This document shows positions 9,378 to 19,831 of a DNA stretch of 64,000 nucleotides, piece by piece (within the stretch, counting starts at the first letter, position 1; each line of letters starts with the position of its first letter). Source of the stretch: Sedimentisphaeraceae bacterium JB056 (GTDB taxonomy: Bacteria; Planctomycetota; Phycisphaerae; Sedimentisphaerales; Sedimentisphaeraceae); assembly GCA_044440125.1 (NCBI GenBank), contig JBITAJ010000027.1, positions 192,001 through 256,000 of the forward strand. Reading direction: 5' to 3'. The notes beneath the pieces were generated by a model. It was not told the origin of the DNA and made no database searches. It saw only the letters and a list, made by a program, of their open reading frames with translations. Made by a program: the position numbers and the translations under genes.

Positions 9378-11528
9378 ATGAACTCATTTAAGAGATTAAT
9401 GAAATATATCTGGCCACAGTGGCCTTCACTGGTAACTATATTTGTCGCAGTGATTTTCATCGGTCTGCTCTTCTCAGCCAGTTTCGTAACCGTTATACCC
9501 CTGCTGAAGGTCATGATGGGGCAGGAGGGCATTCACGGCTGGGTTAACCGTGAGCTTACCGCCAAGCGATATGGGATGGACTTCTATGTTCCTGAACGTG
9601 CTGATCTGGCCGATCCTACCAAAAATGTATTGTATTACCTTACGATAAATGAAATAGATGACGATGAAGGTGAGCCTGCCTATGAAGCAGGTCTGGCTCT
9701 AAATGACAAGATTATTTATGTTGGTGATGCAGGCCAAAGTGTTGATGAGCTTGGAAAAATGACCAGCTCACAGATGCTTAAAGAGTTGACTTGGCGGAAT
9801 AAGGAAGAGAACATGACTCTGACGGTTTTGCGAACTGATTCAGAAGGTGTTGACGAGCAGGTAACTATAGATCTTGAGGCCGTAAAAAAGCCTTTCTATT
9901 TCGGATATGTAAAGTCAATAATGTCTCGGATATCCATTGACGAGGATAAAAACAGCAAGTCTGAAGCTGTTAAAATGATATTCTTGCTACTTGTACTTGC
10001 CACATTTATCCGCTGTTTCGCCCGTTTCTGGCAGGACTACCTCGCTCAGAGAGTGGTAAATATTGCCCTTAACAATCTCAGGCGTGATACATTCAGTCAT
10101 ATTGTGGATATGCCTATGAAGTATTTTTCTTCGGAAGGGCCTTCAGATGCAGTCAGCAGGATTATCAGGGATACCGAGGGTGCCGGTCACGGCATCAAAG
10201 TTATGTTGGGCAAGGCTATTAGAGAACCATCCAAGGCTGTTTTTACTCTTATGATGGCATTTTTCATCAACTGGCAGATCGTTGCTATATTCCTTTGCGG
10301 TGCTCCTTTCATCGGGCTGACAGTAGGCAGACTTGGTAAAAAGATAAAGAAATCTACCCGCCGTTCTCTCCAAAGCTGGTCCAAGATGCTTTGCAAGCTT
10401 GAGGAAACTATTGCCGGTTTAAGGGCGGTTAAGGTATATAATCAGCAAGACCATGAAAAAAAGCATTTTTCATCAATAAATGATAATCTGCTCAAATACC
10501 AGAATAAAATAGCAAAGGTGGAGGCTGCTACCGGACCGCTTATGGAGTCACTTGGAATGATTGCCGGTACAGTGGGCTTGCTCTTTGTTCTGCGTTTCGT
10601 GTTCAATGGTGATCTTGATGAGTCTAAATTCTTCACCTTGTTGATACTGCTCGGCTCATCAGCCGAATCTATAAGAAAGTCAAGTGATGTTTGGAATAAG
10701 GTTCAGCAGTCCAACGCTGCTTCTGAACGTGTATTCAGTGTACTTGATCAGGAGTCTGAGAAGGAAGCAGAGAATCCTGTAGAGATCGCTGATGTTAAAG
10801 ATGAAATTGACTTCAGGGATGTTGTCTTTACATATCCCGGTGCGTCAGAGCCGGTGCTTAAGGGTGTAAATCTTAAGGTTAAGGCCGGGCAGAATATTGC
10901 TATAGTAGGGCCAAATGGTTCCGGCAAGACAACTTTATTGAACCTGTTGCCGCGTTTTTATGATTTTGACAGCGGAAAGATACTGATTGACGGCATTGAC
11001 ATTAATGATATGTCCCTTGTATCTCTAAGAAGTAAGCTTGCGGTTGTCTCTCAGAGGGTTATAACTTTTAATACGACTATCGCCGATAATATTTCCTACG
11101 GCAAGCAGGGGGCCTCAATGGATGAGATCATTGCTGCCGCCAAACATTCATATGCTCATGAATTTATAAGCAAGATGCCTGATGGATACAATACTATTAT
11201 TGGTGAGGATGGGGCAGGCTTAAGCGGCGGCCAGCTTCAGAGGATTGTAATAGCAAGAGCTATTTTGAAAGACCCGCAGATACTGATATTTGATGAGGCA
11301 ATGAGTCAGGTTGACGCTGACAGTGAGGCTAAAATTTCGAAGGCTCTTGATGATCTAACTTCAGACAGGACAAGCTTTGTCATTGCACACAGATTCTCGA
11401 CAGTAGTTAATTCTGATGTTATTGCGGTCGTTGATGAAGGTAAGGTGATAGCTACAGGCAAGCACAGCGAGCTTATTGAAAATTGCCCTCTTTATAGAAG
11501 GCTTTACGAGACTCAGCTTATGCACTAA
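9378..11528 (+). CDS. MsbA-like ABC exporter (TMD+NBD) with a PDZ-like insertion in the first extracytoplasmic loop
   Basis: Walker A GPNGSGKT, LSGGQ signature, Walker B ILIFDE, AHR switch; N-terminal TM helices. Confidence 0.9.
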   Translation: MNSFKRLMKYIWPQWPSLVTIFVAVIFIGLLFSASFVTVIPLLKVMMGQEGIHGWVNRELTAKRYGMDFYVPERADLADPTKNVLYYLTINEIDDDEGEPAYEAGLALNDKIIYVGDAGQSVDELGKMTSSQMLKELTWRNKEENMTLTVLRTDSEGVDEQVTIDLEAVKKPFYFGYVKSIMSRISIDEDKNSKSEAVKMIFLLLVLATFIRCFARFWQDYLAQRVVNIALNNLRRDTFSHIVDMPMKYFSSEGPSDAVSRIIRDTEGAGHGIKVMLGKAIREPSKAVFTLMMAFFINWQIVAIFLCGAPFIGLTVGRLGKKIKKSTRRSLQSWSKMLCKLEETIAGLRAVKVYNQQDHEKKHFSSINDNLLKYQNKIAKVEAATGPLMESLGMIAGTVGLLFVLRFVFNGDLDESKFFTLLILLGSSAESIRKSSDVWNKVQQSNAASERVFSVLDQESEKEAENPVEIADVKDEIDFRDVVFTYPGASEPVLKGVNLKVKAGQNIAIVGPNGSGKTTLLNLLPRFYDFDSGKILIDGIDINDMSLVSLRSKLAVVSQRVITFNTTIADNISYGKQGASMDEIIAAAKHSYAHEFISKMPDGYNTIIGEDGAGLSGGQLQRIVIARAILKDPQILIFDEAMSQVDADSEAKISKALDDLTSDRTSFVIAHRFSTVVNSDVIAVVDEGKVIATGKHSELIENCPLYRRLYETQLMH

Positions 11529-11539
11529 TGGAGGAAAAT

Positions 11540-12628
11540 ATGAAAAAGATATATATAAGTGCGACACTGAAAGATTGCGGCAAAACGAGTGTAACTCTTG
11601 GACTTCTGCAAGCCTTGAGAGAACGTGGATACGATCCGGGTTATACCAAGCCTGTAGGTCAGAGATATGTCAATTTTAAGAATGAGAATCTTGATGAGGA
11701 TGCTGTACTTATATATGAGACGTTTGGTCTTGGTAAATTGCATCCTAAGGACCTCAGTCCTGTTGCTGTAGGCAGAGGATTTACGCGAAAATTTATTTTT
11801 GAGTCAAATGTTGCACCGCTTGAAGAAAAGATATCAAAAGCGGTTGCAAATATTGAGAAAGAGCATGAGATAATCCTTATAGAGGGTACAGGACACGCAG
11901 GTGTCGGAAGCTGCTTTGGATTATCAAACGCCAGGGTTGCTGAGTTGCTTGATTCTGAGGTCATTATAGTTGTCTCCGGCGGCATAGGCAAGCCTCTTGA
12001 CGAGGCGGCACTCTCGCTCTCGTTATTCAGGCAGCATGGAGTGAAGATCAAAGGGGTGATTCAGAATAAGGTTATACCGGAAAAATATGACAAGGTAACC
12101 GAGGCTGTGTCAAAAGGGCTTGAGAACATGGGTACCAGACTTCTCGGGGCTATCCCATTTGAACCTATGCTTACAAGATATACCATATCTCAGATTGCCG
12201 ATATGTTTGAATATGAAGTTTATTCAGGTATGGATTCTCTGCATAATAAGATCGAACATATTGTTGTTGCCGCAATGGAACCGCAAAACGTACTTCAGTA
12301 TGTCAAAGCCGGTTCTCTTATAATAACCCCGGGTGACCGAATAGATAATATTCTCTTGGCAGTCAGCCTTTCCGGTACTAAGGCATATCACCAGCAGTTC
12401 TGTACCAGCGGGCTTATTCTTACGGGAGGTTTCATGCCTGAGGATACTATTTTAAGTCTTCTGCGGGCAAGCGGCATACCTGTACTGGTTACAAGGGAAG
12501 AGACATATACTGTTAGTGCGAGAATGAAAGATCTGCTTTTCAAGATACAGACATCTGATTCCGACAAGATAAAAGCCACTCAGAGACTTGTTGAAAAGTA
12601 TGTAGATATTGATGCTATATTGGCCTGA
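11540..12628 (+). CDS. BioD-like (AAA_26) + DRTGG domain protein (phosphotransacetylase N-terminal-like, stand-alone)
   Basis: ISAT.KDCGKT, KPVG, IEGTGH, ITPGDR, LILTGG motifs; GGAGG RBS before ATG 11540. Confidence 0.85.
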   Translation: MKKIYISATLKDCGKTSVTLGLLQALRERGYDPGYTKPVGQRYVNFKNENLDEDAVLIYETFGLGKLHPKDLSPVAVGRGFTRKFIFESNVAPLEEKISKAVANIEKEHEIILIEGTGHAGVGSCFGLSNARVAELLDSEVIIVVSGGIGKPLDEAALSLSLFRQHGVKIKGVIQNKVIPEKYDKVTEAVSKGLENMGTRLLGAIPFEPMLTRYTISQIADMFEYEVYSGMDSLHNKIEHIVVAAMEPQNVLQYVKAGSLIITPGDRIDNILLAVSLSGTKAYHQQFCTSGLILTGGFMPEDTILSLLRASGIPVLVTREETYTVSARMKDLLFKIQTSDSDKIKATQRLVEKYVDIDAILA

Positions 12629-12635
12629 GAATAGC

Positions 12636-13721
12636 CTATATATGTATTTCGAAAAGTGGCGTTGATGCGTTATCTATAGTATCAAGAGCCGTGTTTACAA
12701 CTTTTTCAACACTTTCCTGATCAAATTTTGAGAATTTATCAGTTGCAAACCTTAAGGCTTTTGCCGCAGAGCCTATCGGTTTGTATACAGCCGGATTGGT
12801 CGGCCCGAATATTGACACTGTTGGCAGCTGCATTGCTCCGCTTATATGGCTTACTCCGCTGTCGTTGCCGATATATAGTTTTGCTATACTGAGCAGGCCC
12901 ACAACCTGTTCTATGTTGAGTGAACTTATTATCGCGGATGTATCTTTAAGTTTCTGAATATCATCTCTGTTGAAACGCTCGAATTCAACTTCCCCCAGAA
13001 GAAAAAGTGGCTTTAGCTGGCTCTTTTCCAGCTCTTTTGCTGTTGATATATAGTTGTCTATATGCCAGCATTTTTCCCTTCCACCGCTGCCTGGGCAGAT
13101 AACTGCGAGCTCTTTATCTGAGCAGTCTATTCCGACCTGATCTCTAACGATGCTTAAGCCTTGCTGCACATCGTTAAGATTCGGACAGATAATGCCTTCA
13201 ATCTCGAGAGCTTTCTTGTGGACATTCTCTACTCCGAGAGCCTCAATAGAGGGCTTTTTCAAGTTTATAAGTTCCTCTATATGAAAGTCGCTTATATGTT
13301 TGGAATTATCATCCTGTGATCTTGCCGAAAGCATTACTATTTCCGGACTGCTCGTAAAACATGCCAGGTATGCGAGGTTTGTTTCAAAGTTGCTGCCTTC
13401 TGTGCCTAAGAAGCTGATTATCCAGTCATAGCCGCTGAATGTCCTTACTAACGGGTCATCTTCTTCCAATTCAAAGCTTGATGGTTCTGTAAACATTCTG
13501 TCAAGTTTTAGTGAATGAATATTTCGTATTGATGATACCGCAGTTCTGCCCGGCATAAATGACACATAGTCTCCGGGACCGATGAAATTAATGGTCTTTA
13601 TATTGAGTACTTTTTGAAGAAAAGCGGCAAGCTTTAATGTTAATACGCAGTCACCTAATGCACCACTGTGGATTATCAGGGCTTTATTTGCCGCTCTTGT
13701 ATCATCTAAATAATAGAACAT
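12636..13721 (-). CDS. Glycosyltransferase family 9 (heptosyltransferase-like)
   Basis: GALGD, PGSGG..KCW, GNDSG..H, FGPT.P motifs. Confidence 0.85.
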   Translation of the reverse strand: MFYYLDDTRAANKALIIHSGALGDCVLTLKLAAFLQKVLNIKTINFIGPGDYVSFMPGRTAVSSIRNIHSLKLDRMFTEPSSFELEEDDPLVRTFSGYDWIISFLGTEGSNFETNLAYLACFTSSPEIVMLSARSQDDNSKHISDFHIEELINLKKPSIEALGVENVHKKALEIEGIICPNLNDVQQGLSIVRDQVGIDCSDKELAVICPGSGGREKCWHIDNYISTAKELEKSQLKPLFLLGEVEFERFNRDDIQKLKDTSAIISSLNIEQVVGLLSIAKLYIGNDSGVSHISGAMQLPTVSIFGPTNPAVYKPIGSAAKALRFATDKFSKFDQESVEKVVNTALDTIDNASTPLFEIHI

Positions 13722-13741
13722 ATCGGTTGTTCCGGATTCAT

Positions 13742-14776
13742 TCAGCTCGTTTGGGTAGAGCGTATCCAGCCTCCACCGGCCAGATATCTCTGGTCACCTT
13801 CAGCTATATATATCGCTGCAAGCTGCCCTGGTGTTATAGCGGACATCTTGTCGTCGAATATGATTTTCATCTCATTTCCCAATGGGTATACAGTTGCACT
13901 GGCTCCCGGATTATTATATCTTATTTTGACTATTGCTTCAAAAGGTTCTTCTGGTTCATTTATCAGCCAGTTTGGTTTGTCTGTATAGCAAATCTTTGAT
14001 AACAGCTTCTCTTTTGGTCCCAGTGTTACGGTATTGGTTTTAGCGTCAAGTCCTACGACATACACAGGGTCTCCCATTGCTACTCCGAGTCCTCGTCGCT
14101 GTCCTATAGTGTAGCGGTGTATGCCCTGATGTTTTCCGAGTACTTTACCGTCAATATATACTATATCACCTTCTCTAACTACCTCAGGGCAAAGATTTTC
14201 AAGACATGCTACATAATCATCATTGGGAATAAAGCATATCTCTTGTGAATCGGGTTTGTTTTCGACTCCAAGAGCATTATCTGCAGCTATTTCTCTTATT
14301 TGGTCTTTTGTATACTTACCAGTAGGAAATATGATATGTTTGACAACATCGGAATCTATCATGGCAAGCACGTATGATTGTTCTTTACGCAGATCGCTGC
14401 CGACATATATCTTGCCTTTTTCCTGACGTATATAATGGCCGGTTGCGATATGGTCACAATCTTTTGATTTCGCGTGGTCCCAGAGAAGTCCGAATTTCAT
14501 TACTCTGTTGCAGTATACGCAAGGATTGGGTGTTCTTGCTTTTTTATACTCACTGCAGAAATAATCGAGGACATCATTGAATTTTTCTCTAAGATCAAGT
14601 ATGTCCAATTCTATATTCAGCAAAGAGGCTACCCGCTTTGCATCTTCCATATCACCGCTGCAATTGTCATGAGTTATCATAAAGACACCGCGGCAGTCGT
14701 AGTTCTGCTGTTTCAAAAGAAAAGCGGCGACGGAACTATCCACGCCGCCGCTCATTGCTATACAAACTTTTTTCAT
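13742..14776 (-). CDS. mnmA: tRNA 2-thiouridylase MnmA
   Basis: AMSGGVDSS, TPNPCVYCN, ATGHY, DSQEICF, YTIGQRRG, TPGQ motifs. Confidence 0.95.
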   Translation of the reverse strand: MKKVCIAMSGGVDSSVAAFLLKQQNYDCRGVFMITHDNCSGDMEDAKRVASLLNIELDILDLREKFNDVLDYFCSEYKKARTPNPCVYCNRVMKFGLLWDHAKSKDCDHIATGHYIRQEKGKIYVGSDLRKEQSYVLAMIDSDVVKHIIFPTGKYTKDQIREIAADNALGVENKPDSQEICFIPNDDYVACLENLCPEVVREGDIVYIDGKVLGKHQGIHRYTIGQRRGLGVAMGDPVYVVGLDAKTNTVTLGPKEKLLSKICYTDKPNWLINEPEEPFEAIVKIRYNNPGASATVYPLGNEMKIIFDDKMSAITPGQLAAIYIAEGDQRYLAGGGWIRSTQTS

Positions 14777-14809
14777 ATTGCAGTATTGCGGTTTTGATTT
14801 TATCAAGTC

Positions 14810-15937
14810 TTATTCTTCAGCAGGTTTTTCTGTGGTCTGCTCCTCAGCTGCTTCTGGCTGTGTTGTTTCGCTATTATCTTGAGGGAGAGTCTCAGGCTCG
14901 ATCGTCATTTCTTCAACGTTTTGCTGCTCTGATTCATCAACTGCTGGTGCTTCTTCTGCTTGCTCTGCCTCGAGTGCTTTGATTTCTTCAGCAGCTCGTT
15001 GATTTGCCATATCTTCTATGCGTTGCAATTCTTCAGCTGATCTTTGCTGTTTTTTAGGCTGTACATTATTAATCCAGTCAATCCAGCCTTCTTTCTCTTT
15101 CTCCTCTTCTGCAGCAGCCTGAGCTTTAGCTTTTTCAATCTGGTTTTGTTTTACTGAAGGGTCGCCCATCAAGACGACATCCTTATGCTCATCGAAATCA
15201 GTGGTACACTTACCAACCTTGATCTTTATTCTTACGATATATGTTTCTGTGTCAAAGAGCATTCTTACTCTTGAAGGGCCAAGTGTAGGATGATCGAAAC
15301 TGACTCCTTCAGGTTCATCTATTTTTGAGAGTTTGGCAGGTACTCGCTCCAATTCATAGAGCAGCTCATTGAATGTCTGCCTGAGCATCATTGCTGATGA
15401 ATAAATGTAGTCACTGTCATATCTGACTACATCGATATCCTTTATATAAAGGTTAAGAGCTGTCTTGAGTGCTTCCCTTTTGCGTTCATTTTCTGTAGTT
15501 AATTCCAGCTCGTCAAATTCCGGTGGAAGCACAAACTCGAATTCAGCTCTCATTTTCTTAGACTTCGATCCGTAGAAAAGCCTCCAGCCCGGAGAATCTT
15601 CATCGACCAGGAACGCATACTTTCTTGCGGCTGTATTGCTTGCTTCATCAAAGCTGACGACATTCAGCCATATGACGGCACCATTACCATTCTGTGCCCA
15701 ACTAACAACTGTTTGTTCGTCCTGACTAAGCATCTCTCCAAGAGATTCATCCTGTATGAAAGATAGAACTTCTGCAGCAGAGCTTTCGCCTATTTCAACT
15801 CTGTCAAATCTGCTAAAAACCGATTCCATTTCAGGTGCACAGCCTCTGGGTAAATGATTACACCCGCTTAAGACCAGAACCGAACAGGCCAGTAAGATAG
15901 AGATAATTGAGCGTTTCACAATATTAGCCTTTCCCAA
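14810..15937 (-). CDS. Hypothetical lipoprotein with an acidic C-terminal tail
   Basis: Signal peptide ending in the VLSGC lipobox; long ORF. Confidence 0.7.
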   Translation of the reverse strand: MGKANIVKRSIISILLACSVLVLSGCNHLPRGCAPEMESVFSRFDRVEIGESSAAEVLSFIQDESLGEMLSQDEQTVVSWAQNGNGAVIWLNVVSFDEASNTAARKYAFLVDEDSPGWRLFYGSKSKKMRAEFEFVLPPEFDELELTTENERKREALKTALNLYIKDIDVVRYDSDYIYSSAMMLRQTFNELLYELERVPAKLSKIDEPEGVSFDHPTLGPSRVRMLFDTETYIVRIKIKVGKCTTDFDEHKDVVLMGDPSVKQNQIEKAKAQAAAEEEKEKEGWIDWINNVQPKKQQRSAEELQRIEDMANQRAAEEIKALEAEQAEEAPAVDESEQQNVEEMTIEPETLPQDNSETTQPEAAEEQTTEKPAEE

Positions 15938-16023
15938 TCGTATGTCTTCATCCTTAAATTGCCAGAAGGGGACAAGCTTAGAGCCTGTCCCCGAATAGTT
16001 TAATTATCGTGATTGTCTTTTAA

Positions 16024-17025
16024 TTAGACTTCTTTAGAATCGATCCACTTCATCATTTTGCGAAGCTTACGTCCTACTACCTCAAGCTGGCAGTCGTGAT
16101 CTGCATCGTAAAGAGCGTTGAACTTCTTGAGTCCGCCCTTATACTCTTCGATCCATTCCTGAGCAAACTTGCCAGACTGAATCTCAGCGAGGATTTCTTT
16201 CATCTTAGCCTTTGTATCATCAGTGATGATCTTAGGACCAGTGATCAAGTCACCCCATTCTGCTGTGTTTGAAACGCTGTATCTCATGTAGTTGATACCG
16301 CCTTCATACATCAGGTCAACGATGAGCTTAACTTCGTGCATACATTCGAAGTATGCGATCTCTGGCTGGTAACCGGCTTCTGTAAGAGTCTCGAAACCAG
16401 CTTTGATCAGGGCAGTAAGACCACCGCAAAGAACTACCTGCTCGCCGAAGAGGTCTGTTTCAGTTTCTTCTTTGAATGTAGTTTCAATGATGCCTGCACG
16501 TGCACCGCCGATACCGTTAGCCCATGCAAGAGCAACTGCTTTGCCTGTGCCGTCTTTGTCCTGCTGAATAGCGATGATGTTTGGAACACCGCCACCCTTG
16601 ACGAACTCGCTGCGTACAAGGTGACCAGGTCCCTTAGGAGCGATCATTACTACGTTGCAGTTTTCAGGTACCTGTATGTAACCGAAGTGGATGTTGAAAC
16701 CATGGCAGAAACCAAGAGTCTGGTTATCTGTGAGGTTTGGCTTGATCTGTGATTCGTAAACACTTGCCTGTACTTCGTCAGGAAGGGTAACGATGATCAG
16801 AGCAGCACCATCCATTGCGTTTTTGATATCTGTCGGAGTGAATCCGTGTTTTTTAGCCAGTTCAAAGTTCTCTGTGCCTTCGAGTTCCGCGATAGCTACT
16901 TCGATTCCACTGTCTCTAAGGTTCTGCGCATGAGCATGACCCTGACTACCGTAACCAACAACAGCAACTTTCTTGCCTTTGAGCCCGTCAATTGGGGCAT
17001 CATTTTCATATAACACTTGTGCCAT
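16024..17025 (-). CDS. ilvC: Ketol-acid reductoisomerase
   Basis: GYGSQGHAHAQNLRDSG, APKGPGH, ETETDLFGEQ motifs. Confidence 0.98.
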   Translation of the reverse strand: MAQVLYENDAPIDGLKGKKVAVVGYGSQGHAHAQNLRDSGIEVAIAELEGTENFELAKKHGFTPTDIKNAMDGAALIIVTLPDEVQASVYESQIKPNLTDNQTLGFCHGFNIHFGYIQVPENCNVVMIAPKGPGHLVRSEFVKGGGVPNIIAIQQDKDGTGKAVALAWANGIGGARAGIIETTFKEETETDLFGEQVVLCGGLTALIKAGFETLTEAGYQPEIAYFECMHEVKLIVDLMYEGGINYMRYSVSNTAEWGDLITGPKIITDDTKAKMKEILAEIQSGKFAQEWIEEYKGGLKKFNALYDADHDCQLEVVGRKLRKMMKWIDSKEV

Positions 17026-17201
17026 AATGATTTTATCTCCTGTTTCTAAAAGATTAATAGCTTTTATCTATATTTTTACTCTACAATCTGCAACCAGAAT
17101 TGCGATAGTAGAACGATTTTAACTTTTATAAAAAAATACTAAACTACTTTTTGGTATTTTTTTTCGATTTATACAAACTTTTCCTGTTTTTAAGCTGATT
17201 A

Positions 17202-17684
17202 TCAGCCTCTATTGTATCTTGGCATAGCAATTGTACCTGTCCTTGCCATGCTTTTGATACCGTAGGGTTTGCAGGCTTCTATGAATGCTTCGACTTTGCT
17301 TTCCGGGCCGGAAATCTCAATCATAACGTTCTTAGGGCCTATGTCAACAACTTTAGCATCAAACATTGTTACCAGAGATTGTATCTCAGGGCGTTTATCC
17401 TGTGTAGTATGGACGTTTATAAGCATAAGATCTCTGTTTACAATGTCCTGTCCTAAGAAGTCCTGAACCTTAACTACAGAAACGATTTTGCCCAGTTGCT
17501 TGCGTACCTGCTCAACCACCTTACTGTCGCCTATTACGACTATTGTCATACGGCTCAGGTTCGGGTCGTCGGTCCTTCCAACGGCTAATGAATCTATATT
17601 AAAGGCTCTGGCGGCAAACATTCCTGCAACGTGTGCGAGAACGCCCGGCTTATTTTGTACCAATGCACTTATTACGTGTTTCAT
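17202..17684 (-). CDS. ilvN: Acetolactate synthase small (regulatory) subunit
   Basis: ACT domain N.PGVL....F..R.FNI.SL; ARTG at the C-terminus; lies between ilvB and ilvC. Confidence 0.95.
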   Translation of the reverse strand: MKHVISALVQNKPGVLAHVAGMFAARAFNIDSLAVGRTDDPNLSRMTIVVIGDSKVVEQVRKQLGKIVSVVKVQDFLGQDIVNRDLMLINVHTTQDKRPEIQSLVTMFDAKVVDIGPKNVMIEISGPESKVEAFIEACKPYGIKSMARTGTIAMPRYNRG

Positions 17685-17750
17685 AGGTTAATCTCCATGA
17701 TATTGCGATTAAAAGATGACTGTTGGTTTATATACCTGTCAGGTATGAAC

Positions 17751-19460
17751 TTAAGACATCTTGTCGAACAAGTCTAATCCGTCCATTTCGTCAAGGGCTT
17801 TGCCTGCGGGTACCATTGGCCATACGTTTTCTTCAGGTTCGATCCTGAAGTCGATTAGGCATGGGCCTTTTTCTGCAAGCATCTTGGTTATGGCCGGCTT
17901 GATATCTTCTTTTTTCTCAACAGTTATGCCTACAGCACCCATTGCCTGAGCAACTTCAGCAAAACTTGGACTTTTCAGCGAGCTTTGAGAATAACGGTGG
18001 CCATAGAAAAGCTCCTGCCACTGCCTTACCATTCCCATGTAGCCGTTGTTGAGTATTACAACTTTTACGGGCAAGTCGTACATAACTGCTGTGGAAAGCT
18101 CAGTTAATGTCATATTAAAGCTGCTGTCACCATCAATGTCTATAACAGTGCTGTCTGGATTGGCGATTTGGGCTCCGATTGCTGCCGGAAGACCGAACCC
18201 CATTGTTCCAAGGCCGCCTGATGTTACTAAATGTCTTGGCTTACTGAACTTATAGAACTGTGCGGTCCACATTTGGTGCTGTCCTACGCCAGTAGCGATG
18301 ATAGCATCACTGCCTGCCTGCCTGTTAAGCTCTTCTATTACTTCCTGAGGCTTTATGCTCTCAGATGTCTTGTCGTAAGTGAACGGGAAATTCTGCTTCC
18401 ACTCATTAATCTGGTCAAACCACTCTTTGCGTTCTTTATGTTCAACGAGTTCTTTGAGCTTGGAGAGTATCTTCTTGGCATCGCCTACTACAGGTATGTC
18501 AACATTAACGTTTTTCGCAATACTTGCCGGATCGATATCGATATGCAGTATCTTTGCATTTGGACAGAAGGTTTTCAGTGTACCTGTAACCCTGTCATCA
18601 AATCTCGACCCGATTGCTATAAGCAGGTCACTGTTTTGTATCGCATAGTTGGCGTAAGCACTTCCGTGCATACCGGGCATATCAAGAGAGTTAGGCTTGG
18701 TCTGGTCGTAGCATCCAAGACCCATAAGCGTCATGGTAACAGGCAAGTTGGCCTTGTCTGCCATTTCGCTGAGCTCTTTTGATGCTCCTGCTATTACAAC
18801 GCCGCCGCCGACATACAAAACTGGTCTCTGGCTTTCGTTTATAGCTTGCGCAGCCGTTTCTATCTGCCTTGTATGGCCTTCTTTGCGTACCCTGTAGCCG
18901 GGCATACTTATAGGAGTAGGGGGCAAGAACTCGGTCTGAGAAACAAGAACGTCAACCGGAATATCGATCAGAACCGGTCCGGGGCGTCCGGTTGAGGCAA
19001 TATAAAAGGCCTGTCGCATTTCATCTGCAAGATCTTTTATGTCCTTAACTATAACGTTATGTTTTGTGATAGGTCGGGTTATACCTGTTGTGTCTACTTC
19101 CTGAAAAGCGTCACCGCCTATAAGCTCAGTTCTTACCTGGCCGGTTATGGCAACCAGGGGTACTGAATCAAGCATTGCGGTAGCAAGGGCGGTAACAAGG
19201 TTTGTAGCACCGGGTCCGCTTGTGGCTATCATAACGCCGGTTTTACCTGTGACACGCGCATAAGCATCGGCCATATGGCAGCCGCCTTGTTCATGTCGGG
19301 GGATGATGAAATTGAAGTCTGTGTTGTAGAGCTCATCGAAAAGCGGCAAAACAACGCCGCCAAGATAACCGAATAAGGTATCTACTTTCTGCTCTTTCAG
19401 GATCTCAACAACTATTTGTGAGCCCTTTTTCATAGTGCCGTTAGTAGGCGCATTTTTCAT
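17751..19460 (-). CDS. ilvB: Acetolactate synthase large subunit
   Basis: RHEQG..HMADAYAR, TSGPGATN, RFDDRVTG, GDSSFNM..NNG..GMVRQWQ TPP motif. Confidence 0.97.
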   Translation of the reverse strand: MKNAPTNGTMKKGSQIVVEILKEQKVDTLFGYLGGVVLPLFDELYNTDFNFIIPRHEQGGCHMADAYARVTGKTGVMIATSGPGATNLVTALATAMLDSVPLVAITGQVRTELIGGDAFQEVDTTGITRPITKHNVIVKDIKDLADEMRQAFYIASTGRPGPVLIDIPVDVLVSQTEFLPPTPISMPGYRVRKEGHTRQIETAAQAINESQRPVLYVGGGVVIAGASKELSEMADKANLPVTMTLMGLGCYDQTKPNSLDMPGMHGSAYANYAIQNSDLLIAIGSRFDDRVTGTLKTFCPNAKILHIDIDPASIAKNVNVDIPVVGDAKKILSKLKELVEHKERKEWFDQINEWKQNFPFTYDKTSESIKPQEVIEELNRQAGSDAIIATGVGQHQMWTAQFYKFSKPRHLVTSGGLGTMGFGLPAAIGAQIANPDSTVIDIDGDSSFNMTLTELSTAVMYDLPVKVVILNNGYMGMVRQWQELFYGHRYSQSSLKSPSFAEVAQAMGAVGITVEKKEDIKPAITKMLAEKGPCLIDFRIEPEENVWPMVPAGKALDEMDGLDLFDKMS

Positions 19461-19663
19461 AGTCTTTCCTTTCCTGACTAACTTATATATTGTTATCGCG
19501 TGCGTTGTGGTCCAGAAGGCTTTTCAATGATGCCAGAAAGTTTTCCCCGGAAAACTGACCGACTTACTATTGATTTTCACCTATTCCACAGGCACGTTTA
19601 TCACTGCCTTAAATGTGTATCAGGTTGATACAGAGAAGTCGTTACCCACTGTATCAAAGGTCA

Positions 19664-19691
19664 ATTTTACTATTTATACGGTATTTGTCAA
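19664..19691 (-). promoter_or_regulatory. Sigma70-type promoter for ilvB, giving a ~200-nt leader
   Basis: Minus strand reads TTGACA-16 nt-TAAAAT. Confidence 0.6.
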
Positions 19692-19831
19692 TACTCAAAG
19701 TGTTTTCATATGATTAAGAGGTATAAATTAGTTGCGAATTCGGCCCTTTTATGCTAACTTATTACTACTGAAGTAGGAAGTTTTGGCAGTTTGAATCAGA
19801 TATTATTAAAATATTATAAGGAAAAGACACT

